Below, piece by piece: positions 1 to 9,977 of a stretch of 64,000 nt of DNA (the stretch's first letter is position 1; the number at the start of each line of letters is the position of its first letter). Made by a program: the position numbers and the translations under genes. The notes beneath the pieces are model-generated. The model saw only the letters and a program-made list of their open reading frames with translations, did not search any database and was not told where the DNA came from. The DNA is from an uncultured delta proteobacterium (GTDB taxonomy: Bacteria > Desulfobacterota > Syntrophia > Syntrophales > UBA2185). The stretch lies in contig CAVSPA010000007.1 of the NCBI GenBank assembly GCA_963729715.1, forward strand, positions 352,001 to 416,000, given 5' to 3'.

Positions 1-243
1 ACGAATACCTTCATTAACTGCCGCCGTGATAAGGTCCTGAAGCATATCGACATCTTCCGGATTGACAACCTCTTTATCGATTTTCAGAGACAGTATCTCA
101 AATTTTCCGTTTACCACAACGGTTACCATGCCTCCTCCGGCAGTCGCTTCCACGGTTTTGGATTCCAGCTCTGCCTGTATGCTGGCTATTTTTTCCTGCA
201 TCTTCTTTGCCTGTTTCATGATGTTTCCAAAATTCTGTGTCAA
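1..243 (-). CDS. ybaB: YbaB/EbfC family nucleoid-associated protein (runs off window start)
   Basis: Manual translation from TTG at 243 (RBS GGAGG at 251-255): [72 protein letters not shown]. Canonical position downstream of dnaX. Not in ORF track. Confidence 0.93.
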   Translation of the reverse strand, partial: MTQNFGNIMKQAKKMQEKIASIQAELESKTVEATAGGGMVTVVVNGKFEILSLKIDKEVVNPEDVDMLQDLITAAVNEGIR

Positions 244-321
244 TTAAATACCTCCTAATGTGGGAGCTCCAAGAACGCCCTATGCGCGATAAACATCTTC
301 ACAAGACCCTCTTGATGTTCT

Positions 322-2037
322 TTATGATTTTACTGAGTCGTCATTAGTCTCTCTTGTTGTAACCTCACGCACAACAGCGCCATCAAAAACATCCAGAACC
401 TTTTGCAGAAGCGGATGGTTGAGGGCGTCGCGTCTTGCATTATTGTTTTTGTTGTTATTTGTGACACTATTGTGATTCTTATGATAGCGGCTGTACCGCT
501 CCGTATCCAAAGATTCGATAATGACGGTAACATCATCTCTAAAGTACGCTTTCGATATCTCCGTAAGTCGTTCCTTCTGATCCTTTTCCGTTATGTCATC
601 CAAGAAAATATAATTCTTATGAAAGCCGATTTTGAGCCGCTTGTTTTCGTATCCGAGAAATACGCCCGGCTCAATCTTGGAAAACAGCGGGTAACTCTGT
701 TTCTTTACAAAGGCCTTTAAGTCTTCCCAGATATCCTCCATGATTTTACCTTCGGCCGCATCATGTCCACGGTGGGCTTCGTCAACTATTCGTGACTCAG
801 CGATCTCGGGGAGTTCCTGCTCGCGGGAAGGAACCGCGCCCGTTTCCCGTAACTCATATGAAGACGGTTTAACCTGAACAGTCCCACCTGAAGCCAACCT
901 CTTTTCCAGGCCTTCCATGCGGGAAAGCCATTTATCGATTGCTATCATAGGTTCGAGATAGGCCATTCTGACTAGGACCGTCTCAAGGTTGATACGTGGA
1001 TTCTGACTTCTTTTCACATTTTCTTCTTCCGCCATCAATATATCCAATAGGTGGCGGATGGTCTCTTGCGAAACGCCTTCCGTCTGCACGGCGAGGTTGG
1101 CCGTTTCTTCATCTCCCAGATCAAAGAGGTCGTGATCTTTTCCAACAATCTTGGTGAGAAGTAAATTTCTGAAATGACCAATGAGCATCTGATAAAAGTA
1201 TTTCATATCAAGGCCGGCGTAATAACCTTCTTCAATGATCTTTAAGCAACGGCCGGCATTTCTTTCAAACACTGCTTTGGAAAGCCGGAAAAGAAAACGT
1301 CTGTCCGTCAGTCCCAGTATGTCCTCCACATCCTGATCCCGGATTTCGAAGCCTGCATATGATATTATCTGGTCCAGGATGCTCTGTGCGTCTCTCAGGC
1401 TCCCGTCGCCGGCTTCGGCGACCCATGTCAGGCCTTTCTCGCTTATCTGAACGCCTTCTTTTTCGGAGATTCGCCGCAGGCTGTCTTTGATTTGTTTCAG
1501 CGATATCCGTCTGAATTCAAAGCACTGGCATCGGGATAGTATGGTCGCTGGTATTTTTTGGATCTCCGTCGTGGCAAAAACAAAGATTACATGCGCCGGC
1601 GGCTCCTCGAGGGTCTTTAGAAGGGCGTTGAATGCCTCCCTGGTCAACATGTGCACTTCGTCAATTATATATAGCTTGTAGCGGGATGACAGCGGAGAGA
1701 ATTTGACATTTTCCCTAAGTTCCCTGATCTCATCTATGCCCCTGTTGGATGCACCGTCAATCTCACGGACATCCATGGCTATACCTTCCGTGATCTCCCG
1801 GCAATTGCTGCATTCATTACACGGCTCTTCTGCGGGTCCTTTTTCACAATTGAGGGCCTTGGCCAATATCCTCGCTACTGTGGTCTTCCCCACGCCGCGT
1901 GGTCCGCTAAAGATGAAGGCATGGGCTATGCGGCCCTGATGAATGGCATTCCTCAGTGTCTTCACCGCATGGTCTTGCCCCACTACCTCGTCAAAGTTTT
2001 GAGGTCTGCACTTTCTGGCTAAAACAAGGTATTCCAC
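322..2037 (-). CDS. dnaX: DNA polymerase III subunit gamma/tau
   Basis: YLVLARKCRPQNF, Walker A GPRGVGKTT, zinc module, EIDGASN, DEVHML, SRC. Start refined to GTG 2037 with GAGGAG RBS. Confidence 0.97.
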   Translation of the reverse strand: MEYLVLARKCRPQNFDEVVGQDHAVKTLRNAIHQGRIAHAFIFSGPRGVGKTTVARILAKALNCEKGPAEEPCNECSNCREITEGIAMDVREIDGASNRGIDEIRELRENVKFSPLSSRYKLYIIDEVHMLTREAFNALLKTLEEPPAHVIFVFATTEIQKIPATILSRCQCFEFRRISLKQIKDSLRRISEKEGVQISEKGLTWVAEAGDGSLRDAQSILDQIISYAGFEIRDQDVEDILGLTDRRFLFRLSKAVFERNAGRCLKIIEEGYYAGLDMKYFYQMLIGHFRNLLLTKIVGKDHDLFDLGDEETANLAVQTEGVSQETIRHLLDILMAEEENVKRSQNPRINLETVLVRMAYLEPMIAIDKWLSRMEGLEKRLASGGTVQVKPSSYELRETGAVPSREQELPEIAESRIVDEAHRGHDAAEGKIMEDIWEDLKAFVKKQSYPLFSKIEPGVFLGYENKRLKIGFHKNYIFLDDITEKDQKERLTEISKAYFRDDVTVIIESLDTERYSRYHKNHNSVTNNNKNNNARRDALNHPLLQKVLDVFDGAVVREVTTRETNDDSVKS

Positions 2038-2109
2038 TCGCTGCTCCTCACACGCGGGATCACGATTAAATCTGAGACCCTTCGACGCGTTTCGTTCGCT
2101 CAAGGTCAA

Positions 2110-2217
2110 TTGAAGCTCTCCGCAGCAAACTGCGGAGAATCTTCGATCATTAAGGAATCATCACGTTCCCCGTTTATCCTGCAGCAAGCTTCCAGGATTG
2201 CGCTCGCTGCCGGATTC
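2110..2217. repeat. Dispersed palindromic miniature element, copy 1 (long, two hairpins)
   Basis: TTGAAGCTCTCCGCAGCAAACTGCGGAGAATCTTCGAT...TGCGCTCGCTGCCGGATTC; homologous to copies at 8005, 11294, 33161 and 56158. Confidence 0.9.
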
Positions 2218-2223
2218 GACTAA

Positions 2224-2256
2224 GGCCTTTCCCGTGGAGGTCCCTTGGAAAAGGCC
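2224..2256 (-). terminator. Hairpin downstream of SRP RNA (possible terminator)
   Basis: GGCCTTT-CC...GG-AAAAGGCC inverted repeat just 3' of ffs. Confidence 0.4.
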
Positions 2257-2270
2257 AAGTCTTTATTTAT

Positions 2271-2376
2271 GGAGATAGCCAGGCTTACCCGCAGCACACG
2301 TCGGAAATTGCTACCGTTGCTTCCTTCCGGATCTGGCGGGGTTTACAACCCTTCGTTGCACGGGACCCGGCTATCA
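2271..2376 (-). ncRNA. ffs: Signal recognition particle RNA (4.5S, small type)
   Basis: Minus strand has the domain IV motif ...AGATCCGGAAGGAAGCAACGG..., closing stem GATAGCC/GGCTATC, and the classic location upstream of dnaX. Confidence 0.93.
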
Positions 2377-2483
2377 TATTTGGAGGACAGGGAATAGGAA
2401 TAAGAGATGGGTTAACCTGTTTTTGATCTCTGCCGCCTAATCTGTTTCCTAGCCTCTATTCTCTGATCCCTATTCCCCAATAC

Positions 2484-2577
<94 letters not shown>

Positions 2578-2658
2578 ACATTGGGGATCAGGGGTTAGGG
2601 ATAGGGGTTCAAAAAAAATTTGACTCATCCCTATTCCCTGATCTCTATTCCCTAATGC

Positions 2659-2752
2659 TGGCGGAGAGAGGGGGATTCGAACCCCCGTGAGAGCTTTTGG
2701 CCCTCAAATCGATTTCGAGTCGATCCCGTTACGACCACTTCGGTATCTCTCC
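2659..2752 (-). tRNA. tRNA-Ser(CGA)
   Basis: ATCGA-CT-CGA-AA-TCGAT anticodon arm, long variable arm, GGTTCGAATCC, encoded CCA. Confidence 0.97.
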
Positions 2753-2762
2753 GCAGGATTCA

Positions 2763-3242
2763 TTATGATCGCGAATTGGTGTTTGATGTTATCCTCTTCT
2801 CATGAAAAAATCTACTCAAAATTTCCGCGCATGCTTCCTTCTTCACGCCGCCTTCTATTTCCACAGGATGATTCAGCCTCTCATCCTGAAAGAGCCTGTA
2901 AAGGGAGACAGCGCCGCCGCTCTTGGGATCATCTGCACCAAATACGACTCTCCGTGCCCGCGCCTGTATAATTGCCCCCGCGCACATGATGCATGGTTCG
3001 AGTGTCACGTAGAGTGTGGTATCAATGAGACGGTAATTGTCGAGCTTCCTCGCCGCCTCACGGATAGCAAGAACCTCTGCGTGAGCGGAAGGATCATTCA
3101 TCGAAATACATCTGTTGCGCGCCGCTGATAATATCTCGCCTCTAAGGGTGATCACCGCGCCCACAGGAACCTCCCCTTCCCGAAAAGCCAGGGAGGCTTG
3201 CTCAAGAGCGAGGGTCATAAATTTTTCATCCATAGAATCCAT
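2763..3242 (-). CDS. tadA: tRNA adenosine(34) deaminase
   Basis: GEVPVGAV, HAE, TLEPCIMCAGA motifs. Confidence 0.95.
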   Translation of the reverse strand: MDSMDEKFMTLALEQASLAFREGEVPVGAVITLRGEILSAARNRCISMNDPSAHAEVLAIREAARKLDNYRLIDTTLYVTLEPCIMCAGAIIQARARRVVFGADDPKSGGAVSLYRLFQDERLNHPVEIEGGVKKEACAEILSRFFHEKRITSNTNSRS

Positions 3243-3350
3243 GAATCACCTATTGTGACAGGGTCATGCAAGACACATCCTGCGCCTTAACAAATTGTTG
3301 ATTTTTATATGCTCATTGACGTATTATCCGCATAAGAAAAGGTCGCCGCG

Positions 3351-3905
3351 ATGACGTCAAAAAAAATATTGATCATATCCATACTGATATCCCTTGCCAG
3401 TCACGTGGCCATGCTGTGTGCCACAGGCTTTATAGACTTTCGCGGGAAAGCCCGCAAGGAAGATGTCTTAATCGTCACCTTGAAAGAACCGACAGCAGTC
3501 AAAGACAAAATCACACAACAAGAGGCCGACAAGCCCGTCCATCAGGTCGAAGAACAAGTCAACAGCCGACGCGTGAAAAGAGAAGAGACCGTAGACCTCG
3601 GCAGCATTGACATCAAATATTCATTTTACCTTAAAAGGATAAAGAAAAAAATCGAAGACAGATGGATATACCCTCAGGCTGCCTTTGACCGAGAGGAAGA
3701 AGGGGTCGCCGTCGTTAAATTTTCCATAGGCGAAGGCGGAGACATTACTTCGAGCAGGATCCTCGAATCATCAGGATACAATTACCTCGACGAGGGAGCT
3801 CTTGATGTCGTCAGATCTGCCGCCCCCTATGACCCCCTGCCGCGTGAGTTCAATATTTCACAATTGAACATTGTGGCGAGATTCCAGTACAAGATCGTCG
3901 AATAG
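3351..3905 (+). CDS. Energy transducer TonB family protein
   Basis: N-terminal TM with S-x3-H; C-terminal YP..A...EEG...SSG...LD..AL TonB_C pattern. Confidence 0.85.
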   Translation: MTSKKILIISILISLASHVAMLCATGFIDFRGKARKEDVLIVTLKEPTAVKDKITQQEADKPVHQVEEQVNSRRVKREETVDLGSIDIKYSFYLKRIKKKIEDRWIYPQAAFDREEEGVAVVKFSIGEGGDITSSRILESSGYNYLDEGALDVVRSAAPYDPLPREFNISQLNIVARFQYKIVE

Positions 3906-3933
3906 AACGATGCCAGTGTCACTGACGGTGATG

Positions 3934-5541
3934 TCACACTTCAGAATTTATTTCCATCAGGACGCGGTCGAGATCGAGGAGCTGATCTCTGATCTCTGTC
4001 TGTTCCACCCACGGCTTTGATTCCAGCCCTGCCCTTCTTTCCCTGAGCTGTGCAAACCTGTTACCGATATTTTCAATTATGTAATCCCAGTCAATCGAGG
4101 GAACCGCTTTCTCCGGATACTCCACCCGCTCAAGTACACGACCAGGCTCGAGGGTAGTTTCTTCGAGATATTCAGGTATCATCACCTTGAAGCCGAATCG
4201 TTCCTTAATCAGGCCTGCAAGCACCTGCTGAGCTTCATATTCCCCGTGTACGAGGAAGACCTGCATATAACGGCTCCGAAAATGTCTCAGCCAGTCGAGA
4301 AGTTGACTTTGACCGGCATGTGCGGAAAAGCCATTTATCGTAAAGATCTTGGCCTTTACGGCGATATCCTCATTAAAGAGACGAATCTTCTTTGCGCCAT
4401 CCACGATCTTACGACCCGTCGTTCCCTGGGCCTGAAAGCCGACAAACACAATACTGGCACCTTCCCGCCATATGTTATGCCGCAGATGGTGTTTTATCCT
4501 CCCTGCGTCGGCCATGCCGCTTGCGGAAATGACGATCGCCGGTCCTGAGATATTGTTGATTGCCATAGATTCCTCTGTCGTAGGAGTGAAATGTAATTGC
4601 GGCAGATTCAAGGGATCATCCCCTTTCTTTATCAGCGCCCTGGTGTCATCATCCAGGTAAGCCGCGTGGTGACGGAAGATCTCCGTGGCCTGGATGGCCA
4701 AGGGGCTATCCAGATAGACGGGCATATCATGGGGAAGTCTTCCATCCTTGGAGAGAAGATACAGACAATACATCATCTCCTGGGTTCTCTCCACGGCGAA
4801 GGCAGGGATAATTACTTTCTCTCTGTTGCCGTAACTATAGGCTATGGCCTCAGCCAGTTCGTTCAGGCTGTCATCCTCGTTCTTATGATTGCGATCACCG
4901 TATGTTGACTCCAGGAAGAGGAAATCCGCGGTATCGACAACACTCGGATCTTCCATGAGCAGTTGGGCGGGTCGGCCTATATCACCGGAAAAGACGAGCT
5001 TGACGGTCGCGCCGTTTTCTTCCAGCATAAGTTCGATGAGCGAAGCGCCCAGGATGTGGCCTGCATCTTTGAAAGTCACCTTGAGGCCGCCCATGGGTTC
5101 GAAAACCTCGCCATACGAAACCACATTAAACATCGGAAACACCGCTTCCGCGTCTTTCTGTGTATATAAAGGCTTGATTTTTTCTTCTCCTCGGCGGAGA
5201 TGCTTCTTGCTTTTCCACTGCGCTTCCATCTCCTGAATATGGGCGCTGTCGAGAAGCAATATTTTCAGCAAATCCCTCGTTGGCGGCGTGGTATAGATCT
5301 TTCCGTTAAATCCCTTCTTGACAATCCGCGGCAGAAGACCGGAATGGTCTATGTGCGCATGCGTGATGAGAAAAAATTCTATGTCCGCGGGTTGATAAAT
5401 ATCAACATCCCAGTTCCTTTTCTCTATTTCGGCATTGCCCTGATGCATCCCGCAGTCAACAGCAAATCTATGGCCCTTCGTTTCAATAATGTAGCAGGAA
5501 CCGGTTACCGTTCTTGCCGCGCCCATGAATTTTATTTTCAT
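3934..5541 (-). CDS. MBL-fold/beta-CASP RNA metallo-hydrolase
   Basis: GAARTVTGS, THAHIDHSG, AGHILG, ESTYG, FSAHAG, VHGE; start refined to MKIKF. Confidence 0.92.
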   Translation of the reverse strand: MKIKFMGAARTVTGSCYIIETKGHRFAVDCGMHQGNAEIEKRNWDVDIYQPADIEFFLITHAHIDHSGLLPRIVKKGFNGKIYTTPPTRDLLKILLLDSAHIQEMEAQWKSKKHLRRGEEKIKPLYTQKDAEAVFPMFNVVSYGEVFEPMGGLKVTFKDAGHILGASLIELMLEENGATVKLVFSGDIGRPAQLLMEDPSVVDTADFLFLESTYGDRNHKNEDDSLNELAEAIAYSYGNREKVIIPAFAVERTQEMMYCLYLLSKDGRLPHDMPVYLDSPLAIQATEIFRHHAAYLDDDTRALIKKGDDPLNLPQLHFTPTTEESMAINNISGPAIVISASGMADAGRIKHHLRHNIWREGASIVFVGFQAQGTTGRKIVDGAKKIRLFNEDIAVKAKIFTINGFSAHAGQSQLLDWLRHFRSRYMQVFLVHGEYEAQQVLAGLIKERFGFKVMIPEYLEETTLEPGRVLERVEYPEKAVPSIDWDYIIENIGNRFAQLRERRAGLESKPWVEQTEIRDQLLDLDRVLMEINSEV

Positions 5542-5598
5542 AAACATGATCCTCAAAAATTTCCCACAATTTCCAACAACTGATGCGATTGTGACTTT

Positions 5599-6168
5599 CT
5601 ACAATAGAATCAGTCCCGTCCACGTCACCTTGTTCTTAACAGGGAAGGTTAGGGGCAGACCTGCCTTTTCCGCAGTAGCTATAACATCGATTCCCATGGC
5701 CTCCATGGAAGGCCTCGCTTTGAAGGGAAACCGGCACGCCGTGCCGCCCTGTGCCGCCACACATTCGTCGCACAGCCGGCAACAGCCTCCGATAAACCCG
5801 GCGGCAAAACGAAAACCAGCGGCAAATGCCTCTCTCTCACCCAAATTAACCAACTCGTGAAGTTTTCTCGCAGGAAAAAACACCTCTTCCCGAGGGGCGT
5901 TCACGTATGTTTCGTGGAGAAGGGCGTAAATCTGGATGAGGATGACTTGCTTATAGTTCGTAATGGCCTCGCGAAATTCCGCGACAGACGGTACATAGGG
6001 GGGACACACGAGGTTCTTGTTATACGCGTCACACACGGGCACACGACACTTCAGGCGAACCCTTTCGTCAACGACGATGTCAGCGATATTTGCCAGCACC
6101 ACGGCCGAAGCGCCTCGTTCCTTGAGAAGCGAGATTATGTTATCAAGAACCTTCTTGTGTTTCTGCAT
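5599..6168 (-). CDS. DUF2284 family predicted metal-binding protein
   Basis: KC...C..Y.KN..CPP and GCCRLCDEC...CRFP.KARPSMEAMGIDV. Confidence 0.85.
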   Translation of the reverse strand: MQKHKKVLDNIISLLKERGASAVVLANIADIVVDERVRLKCRVPVCDAYNKNLVCPPYVPSVAEFREAITNYKQVILIQIYALLHETYVNAPREEVFFPARKLHELVNLGEREAFAAGFRFAAGFIGGCCRLCDECVAAQGGTACRFPFKARPSMEAMGIDVIATAEKAGLPLTFPVKNKVTWTGLILL

Positions 6169-6174
6169 TGGCGT

Positions 6175-7368
6175 CTATCCCTGGGTGACGTCGACGACAT
6201 AGCTGGCATTGGTCAGCCTCTGACTTCCTTTGTCCGTGACGGCGAATGTATCTTCAACGCCGACAACCCCTTCCCCCGGAAAGTTAAACTTCGGTTCGAT
6301 GGCGATGACCATGCCGGGGGCGAGGAGCGCTTTTCCTCCTTTTGCGATCACCGGGTACTCGTCCAACTCCAAACCTACTCCATGTCCGCAGAATCCCAAG
6401 CGCCGATTTCCATAACCGAGGAAATGTTCAGCGAGATGATAAGATTCGGCCATGCGCTGTGCCTCTGAAAACAGCTCGCCAACTGCGACACCGGGCTGGA
6501 TCATCTTCCTCAATCCATAGTGGATCTCCAGGGACACCTTGTAGGCATCGTCCAATTTATTGGGGAGGGGCCCGAGGCACAGTGTGCGCGTCTGATCCAC
6601 GCAGTACCCATACATAGTTGCCCCGAGATCAGAAATGACCGGCTCCTGCCTCCTGATAGGTCTCCATCCCGAACCTTGCGGGAAGGCGTTGTAGAGCCCA
6701 TGTCCGCCGGTTGTGCTGTCCATGAAGGTCAGATCGGCCGCGTCAGGTCCGGATATTAGATGACCCCAGTAAACCTCCTGATTGAACGCCCTCGTACGGA
6801 CATAACCCTGGTGGCCGCGCGTTCTGGCCGCCGCCTCAATCGTGGCAGCAAGCTCTATCTCAGTCAGCCCTTCCTTAAGATTATTCCGGCAAGTTGTGAC
6901 CATGAAGTCTGAAAGGCGCGCCACCTCTTTCATGAGCCCTGTCTCATGGTCTGATTTCACGGCCCTGACGGCCTGAATGGAAGGCCAGACGTCAACGATT
7001 TCAGCCGGCTTTATAATATCCAGATACCGAAGATAAAGGCCGACCGGCAACACATCAAGCTCCATCCCGAGCTTTCTTATTTGCGAATAGCCATGGTGAG
7101 CGAGCTGTCCCGGCAATTCTCTGAGGCTTCCCATAGGTATGATGTTATCAAGCTCGCACTCATCCTTGATTTGGTCTGCGTTCCTGCGCACAAAAAGCAG
7201 AGGCTCCCCGGAAGAGGGTATAAACAGATACCCCTGCGGCACGGTTCCTGTGAAATAGAAAAGGTCCGCATTTTGAACGATCAGGGCGCCGTTTACGTCC
7301 CCTGATTCCATGCGTCTCTGGAGCGCTCTGATACGCCCGTTTAGCTCTTCCTTGGGGGTTTTCTTCAT
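6175..7368 (-). CDS. Xaa-Pro peptidase (M24) family protein
   Basis: Creatinase-like N domain, RAVKS, DLG...GYCVDQTRT, GHGVGLELDE, IEPK, GVEDT. Confidence 0.9.
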   Translation of the reverse strand: MKKTPKEELNGRIRALQRRMESGDVNGALIVQNADLFYFTGTVPQGYLFIPSSGEPLLFVRRNADQIKDECELDNIIPMGSLRELPGQLAHHGYSQIRKLGMELDVLPVGLYLRYLDIIKPAEIVDVWPSIQAVRAVKSDHETGLMKEVARLSDFMVTTCRNNLKEGLTEIELAATIEAAARTRGHQGYVRTRAFNQEVYWGHLISGPDAADLTFMDSTTGGHGLYNAFPQGSGWRPIRRQEPVISDLGATMYGYCVDQTRTLCLGPLPNKLDDAYKVSLEIHYGLRKMIQPGVAVGELFSEAQRMAESYHLAEHFLGYGNRRLGFCGHGVGLELDEYPVIAKGGKALLAPGMVIAIEPKFNFPGEGVVGVEDTFAVTDKGSQRLTNASYVVDVTQG

Positions 7369-7410
7369 GAGCCTCCCTCTCCGAGTTCCCTGCAATTCCG
7401 TCTTCCCAAG

Positions 7411-7965
7411 CTAATATTCTATACCGGCCCTTTCCTTCAATCCCATCGAGTAATGATGTTTAATCTCATTTACCTCGCTGACGGTATCGGCAATCTCGAT
7501 AATTTCCGGAGGGGCATATCTTCCCGTCATGACCACGTCCACGTTCGTCGCCCTCTCTTTTATCATTTCGACAACGTCCTTTACGGAGACCAATCCAAAG
7601 TCAAGGGCAATATTTATTTCATCCAGGATAACCATGTTATATTCGCCGGAAGACAGAGATTTTCTGGCAAGGTTCAACCCCTGTTGCGCCAGATCGATAT
7701 CAACGGGAGCCGGGTTTCCTCTCATCACAAAACTGTCGAGACCGCATGGGCAAATGGTTATCGCGGGAAGAAATTTCTCGCAAGCTATCACCTCGCCATA
7801 TTTTTTCCCCTTCATGAATTGAATTACCAGCACCTTCAGCCCGTGCCCCACTGCCCGCAGCGCCTGCCCCATAGCGGCCGTTGTCTTTCCCTTGCCGTTC
7901 CCCGTATAGACGAAAACCAGCCCTCTGTTATATTTCGCCAGTGTTTCCTCCAGTAAGCCGGACAT
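7411..7965 (-). CDS. cobO: Cob(I)yrinate a,c-diamide adenosyltransferase (CobO/BtuR type), paralog 1
   Basis: YTGNGKGKTTAAMG, QFMKG, ILDEI, TGR, KHHY...GIEY. Confidence 0.9.
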   Translation of the reverse strand: MSGLLEETLAKYNRGLVFVYTGNGKGKTTAAMGQALRAVGHGLKVLVIQFMKGKKYGEVIACEKFLPAITICPCGLDSFVMRGNPAPVDIDLAQQGLNLARKSLSSGEYNMVILDEINIALDFGLVSVKDVVEMIKERATNVDVVMTGRYAPPEIIEIADTVSEVNEIKHHYSMGLKERAGIEY

Positions 7966-8004
7966 CTTAATTTTCCTCCTGCCTTGTGACCTACGTCTAT
8001 GACT

Positions 8005-8053
8005 GTATTCGGTAGCGAGCGCATTCCCCGCGGCTTGCTGCGGAGAGCTTCAA
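8005..8053. repeat. Dispersed palindromic miniature element, copy 2 (short, inverted)
   Basis: Reverse complement TTGAAGCTCTCCGCAGCAAGCCGCGGGGAATGCGCTCGCTACCGAATAC. Confidence 0.9.
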
Positions 8054-8214
8054 TGGTTTTTCGCTAAATTATGTTTTAAGAAGAATACTTATTTGATATA
8101 ACATATTAAAGATAGTCGGATAAGTAGCATATTCAGAAGATTCTGACAATTCATTTAAAGGACAAACACAAACGCATATTGATCAAATAAGCTCATAGGA
8201 AAACGGATTACCTT

Positions 8215-9165
8215 ATGAAAGTCGCGCAGGAAAATCACCGTGACAAATTGTTAATGATCCCGATCGTAGAGGCAAAAAATCTGACCAAGATATTTGGTGA
8301 CCTCATAGCTGTCGATAATATTTCTTTCAAGGTATATCCGGGAGAATGTTTCGGGATGCTGGGACCCAATGGGGCCGGAAAAACTTCAACCATCCGGATG
8401 ATCTATGGCCTCTCGCCGATGACGAGCGGCGCCCTCGAAGTCTTCGGTCTTGATGTCATAAAAAATACGCGTGCCATAAAGTCCAGACTCGGCGTGTGTC
8501 ACCAGGAAAATAATTTGGATCCCGACCTTACGGTAAAACAGAATTTAGAGGTTTTTTGCCGATATTTCAATATGTCACCCGCGGTAGCAAAGGTGCAGGC
8601 CGAGAACCTTCTTAAGTTTATGGCCCTCGATCACCGCAAAGACGCCAGGATTACGGAACTGTCGGGAGGCATGATGCGCCGTCTGGTTCTGGCAAGGGCA
8701 CTGCTGAACGCGCCTGAACTCTTGATTCTGGATGAACCGACGACGGGCCTGGACCCGCAGTCCCGGCATCAGGTGTGGGAGCGTTTAGGTGAGCTTAAGG
8801 CAAAGGGGCTCTCTGTTTTGCTTTCCACCCATAATATGGATGAAGCGTCCCGGCTTTGTGATCGCCTGATCATCATGGATCACGGAGGCATACTGGTAGA
8901 GGGAAAACCTCTTGAACTCATCAGGCAATATGTAGGCCACGATATCATAGAGGTGCTTGAGCCGAACCAAACGCTGCGGGCGTTTGTCCAATCCAGGAAT
9001 ATGGAACATGAGGATCTGGGCCATCGGCTGATCATAAATACCGGTGATGGAAATGCCCTGTTCCGTGAGATCAGCAACGAATATTGCAAGGAAGGATGCA
9101 TCATGCGCATGGCAACACTGGAAGACGTCTTCCTGAAACTAACAGGCAGGGAACTGAGAGAATGA
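8215..9165 (+). CDS. ABC transporter ATP-binding protein (NodI/DrrA-like)
   Basis: GPNGAGKTS, LSGGM, LDEPTTGLD, TLEDVFL; true start may be ATG 8254. Confidence 0.9.
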   Translation: MKVAQENHRDKLLMIPIVEAKNLTKIFGDLIAVDNISFKVYPGECFGMLGPNGAGKTSTIRMIYGLSPMTSGALEVFGLDVIKNTRAIKSRLGVCHQENNLDPDLTVKQNLEVFCRYFNMSPAVAKVQAENLLKFMALDHRKDARITELSGGMMRRLVLARALLNAPELLILDEPTTGLDPQSRHQVWERLGELKAKGLSVLLSTHNMDEASRLCDRLIIMDHGGILVEGKPLELIRQYVGHDIIEVLEPNQTLRAFVQSRNMEHEDLGHRLIINTGDGNALFREISNEYCKEGCIMRMATLEDVFLKLTGRELRE

Positions 9166-9953
9166 GGAAAGTCTTACTGCTCCATCTATCCATGCGCTTC
9201 TTGCGGGTCTGGGAGAGAAATCTGCTTGTCTACAGACAGAACTGGAAGATCAGTTTCATTCCACCCTTGCTCGAACCTTTCTTCTATCTGGTTGCTTTCG
9301 GGGTGGGCCTGAGCGCGCTCGTCGGCGATGTTAATTACCAGGGCTCAGAAATATCGTACATGCTTTTCATTGCACCGGCCCTCCTTGCCATCAATATTAT
9401 GAACAACGCCTTCTTTGAAAACACCTATGCCTCCTTTGTACGCATGTATTATCAAAAAACATTTGATGCCATGATGGCGACGCCGCTTACCCTTGAAGAA
9501 ATTATCACCGGGGAAATAGTCTGGGGGGCCACCAAATCTGTTATTGCGACATCAATCATGCTCGCGGTTATCAGTTTGTTCGGCCTCATCCGTTACCCCG
9601 AAGGCCTCCTGATTATCCCGCTCTCCGTTATCGGGGGCATTGCCTTTGGTTCAATCGGAATGATCTTTACGGCGATTGTTGCCAACATAGAGCTGTTCAA
9701 CCTGCCCGTATTTCTGTTCATCACCCCCATGTTTCTTTTCAGTGGAACTTTTTTCCCCATAGAGAATCTGCCCGGATGGGCTCAGTACATTGCCATGTTC
9801 CTGCCCCTCACGCACATGGTGAATCTTACCAGGTCTCTCAGTCTCGGCATAGTTAATATGTCGCTGCTGCCGGGGTTCTGCTATTTTGTGATTTCCTGCA
9901 TTGTTTTTTTTCCGCTCGCAATCCGCAAAATGCACCGGCGCTTGATCAAATAA
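9162..9953 (+). CDS. ABC-2 type transporter permease (NodJ-like)
   Basis: LLEP..YL..FG.G, ATPL..EI..GE, FSGTFFP; ATGA overlap with the ATPase gene. Confidence 0.9.
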   Translation: MRKVLLLHLSMRFLRVWERNLLVYRQNWKISFIPPLLEPFFYLVAFGVGLSALVGDVNYQGSEISYMLFIAPALLAINIMNNAFFENTYASFVRMYYQKTFDAMMATPLTLEEIITGEIVWGATKSVIATSIMLAVISLFGLIRYPEGLLIIPLSVIGGIAFGSIGMIFTAIVANIELFNLPVFLFITPMFLFSGTFFPIENLPGWAQYIAMFLPLTHMVNLTRSLSLGIVNMSLLPGFCYFVISCIVFFPLAIRKMHRRLIK

Positions 9954-9977
9954 TATGCAGCAATAGGATTTTAAGGC

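Noticed and set aside
322..2037. Programmed frameshift or slippage site in dnaX
   Set aside because: I found no A-AAA-AAG heptamer or long A-run at the expected position when reading by eye.
2687..2971. 94-aa plus-strand ORF
   Set aside because: Antisense to tRNA-Ser(CGA) and tadA.
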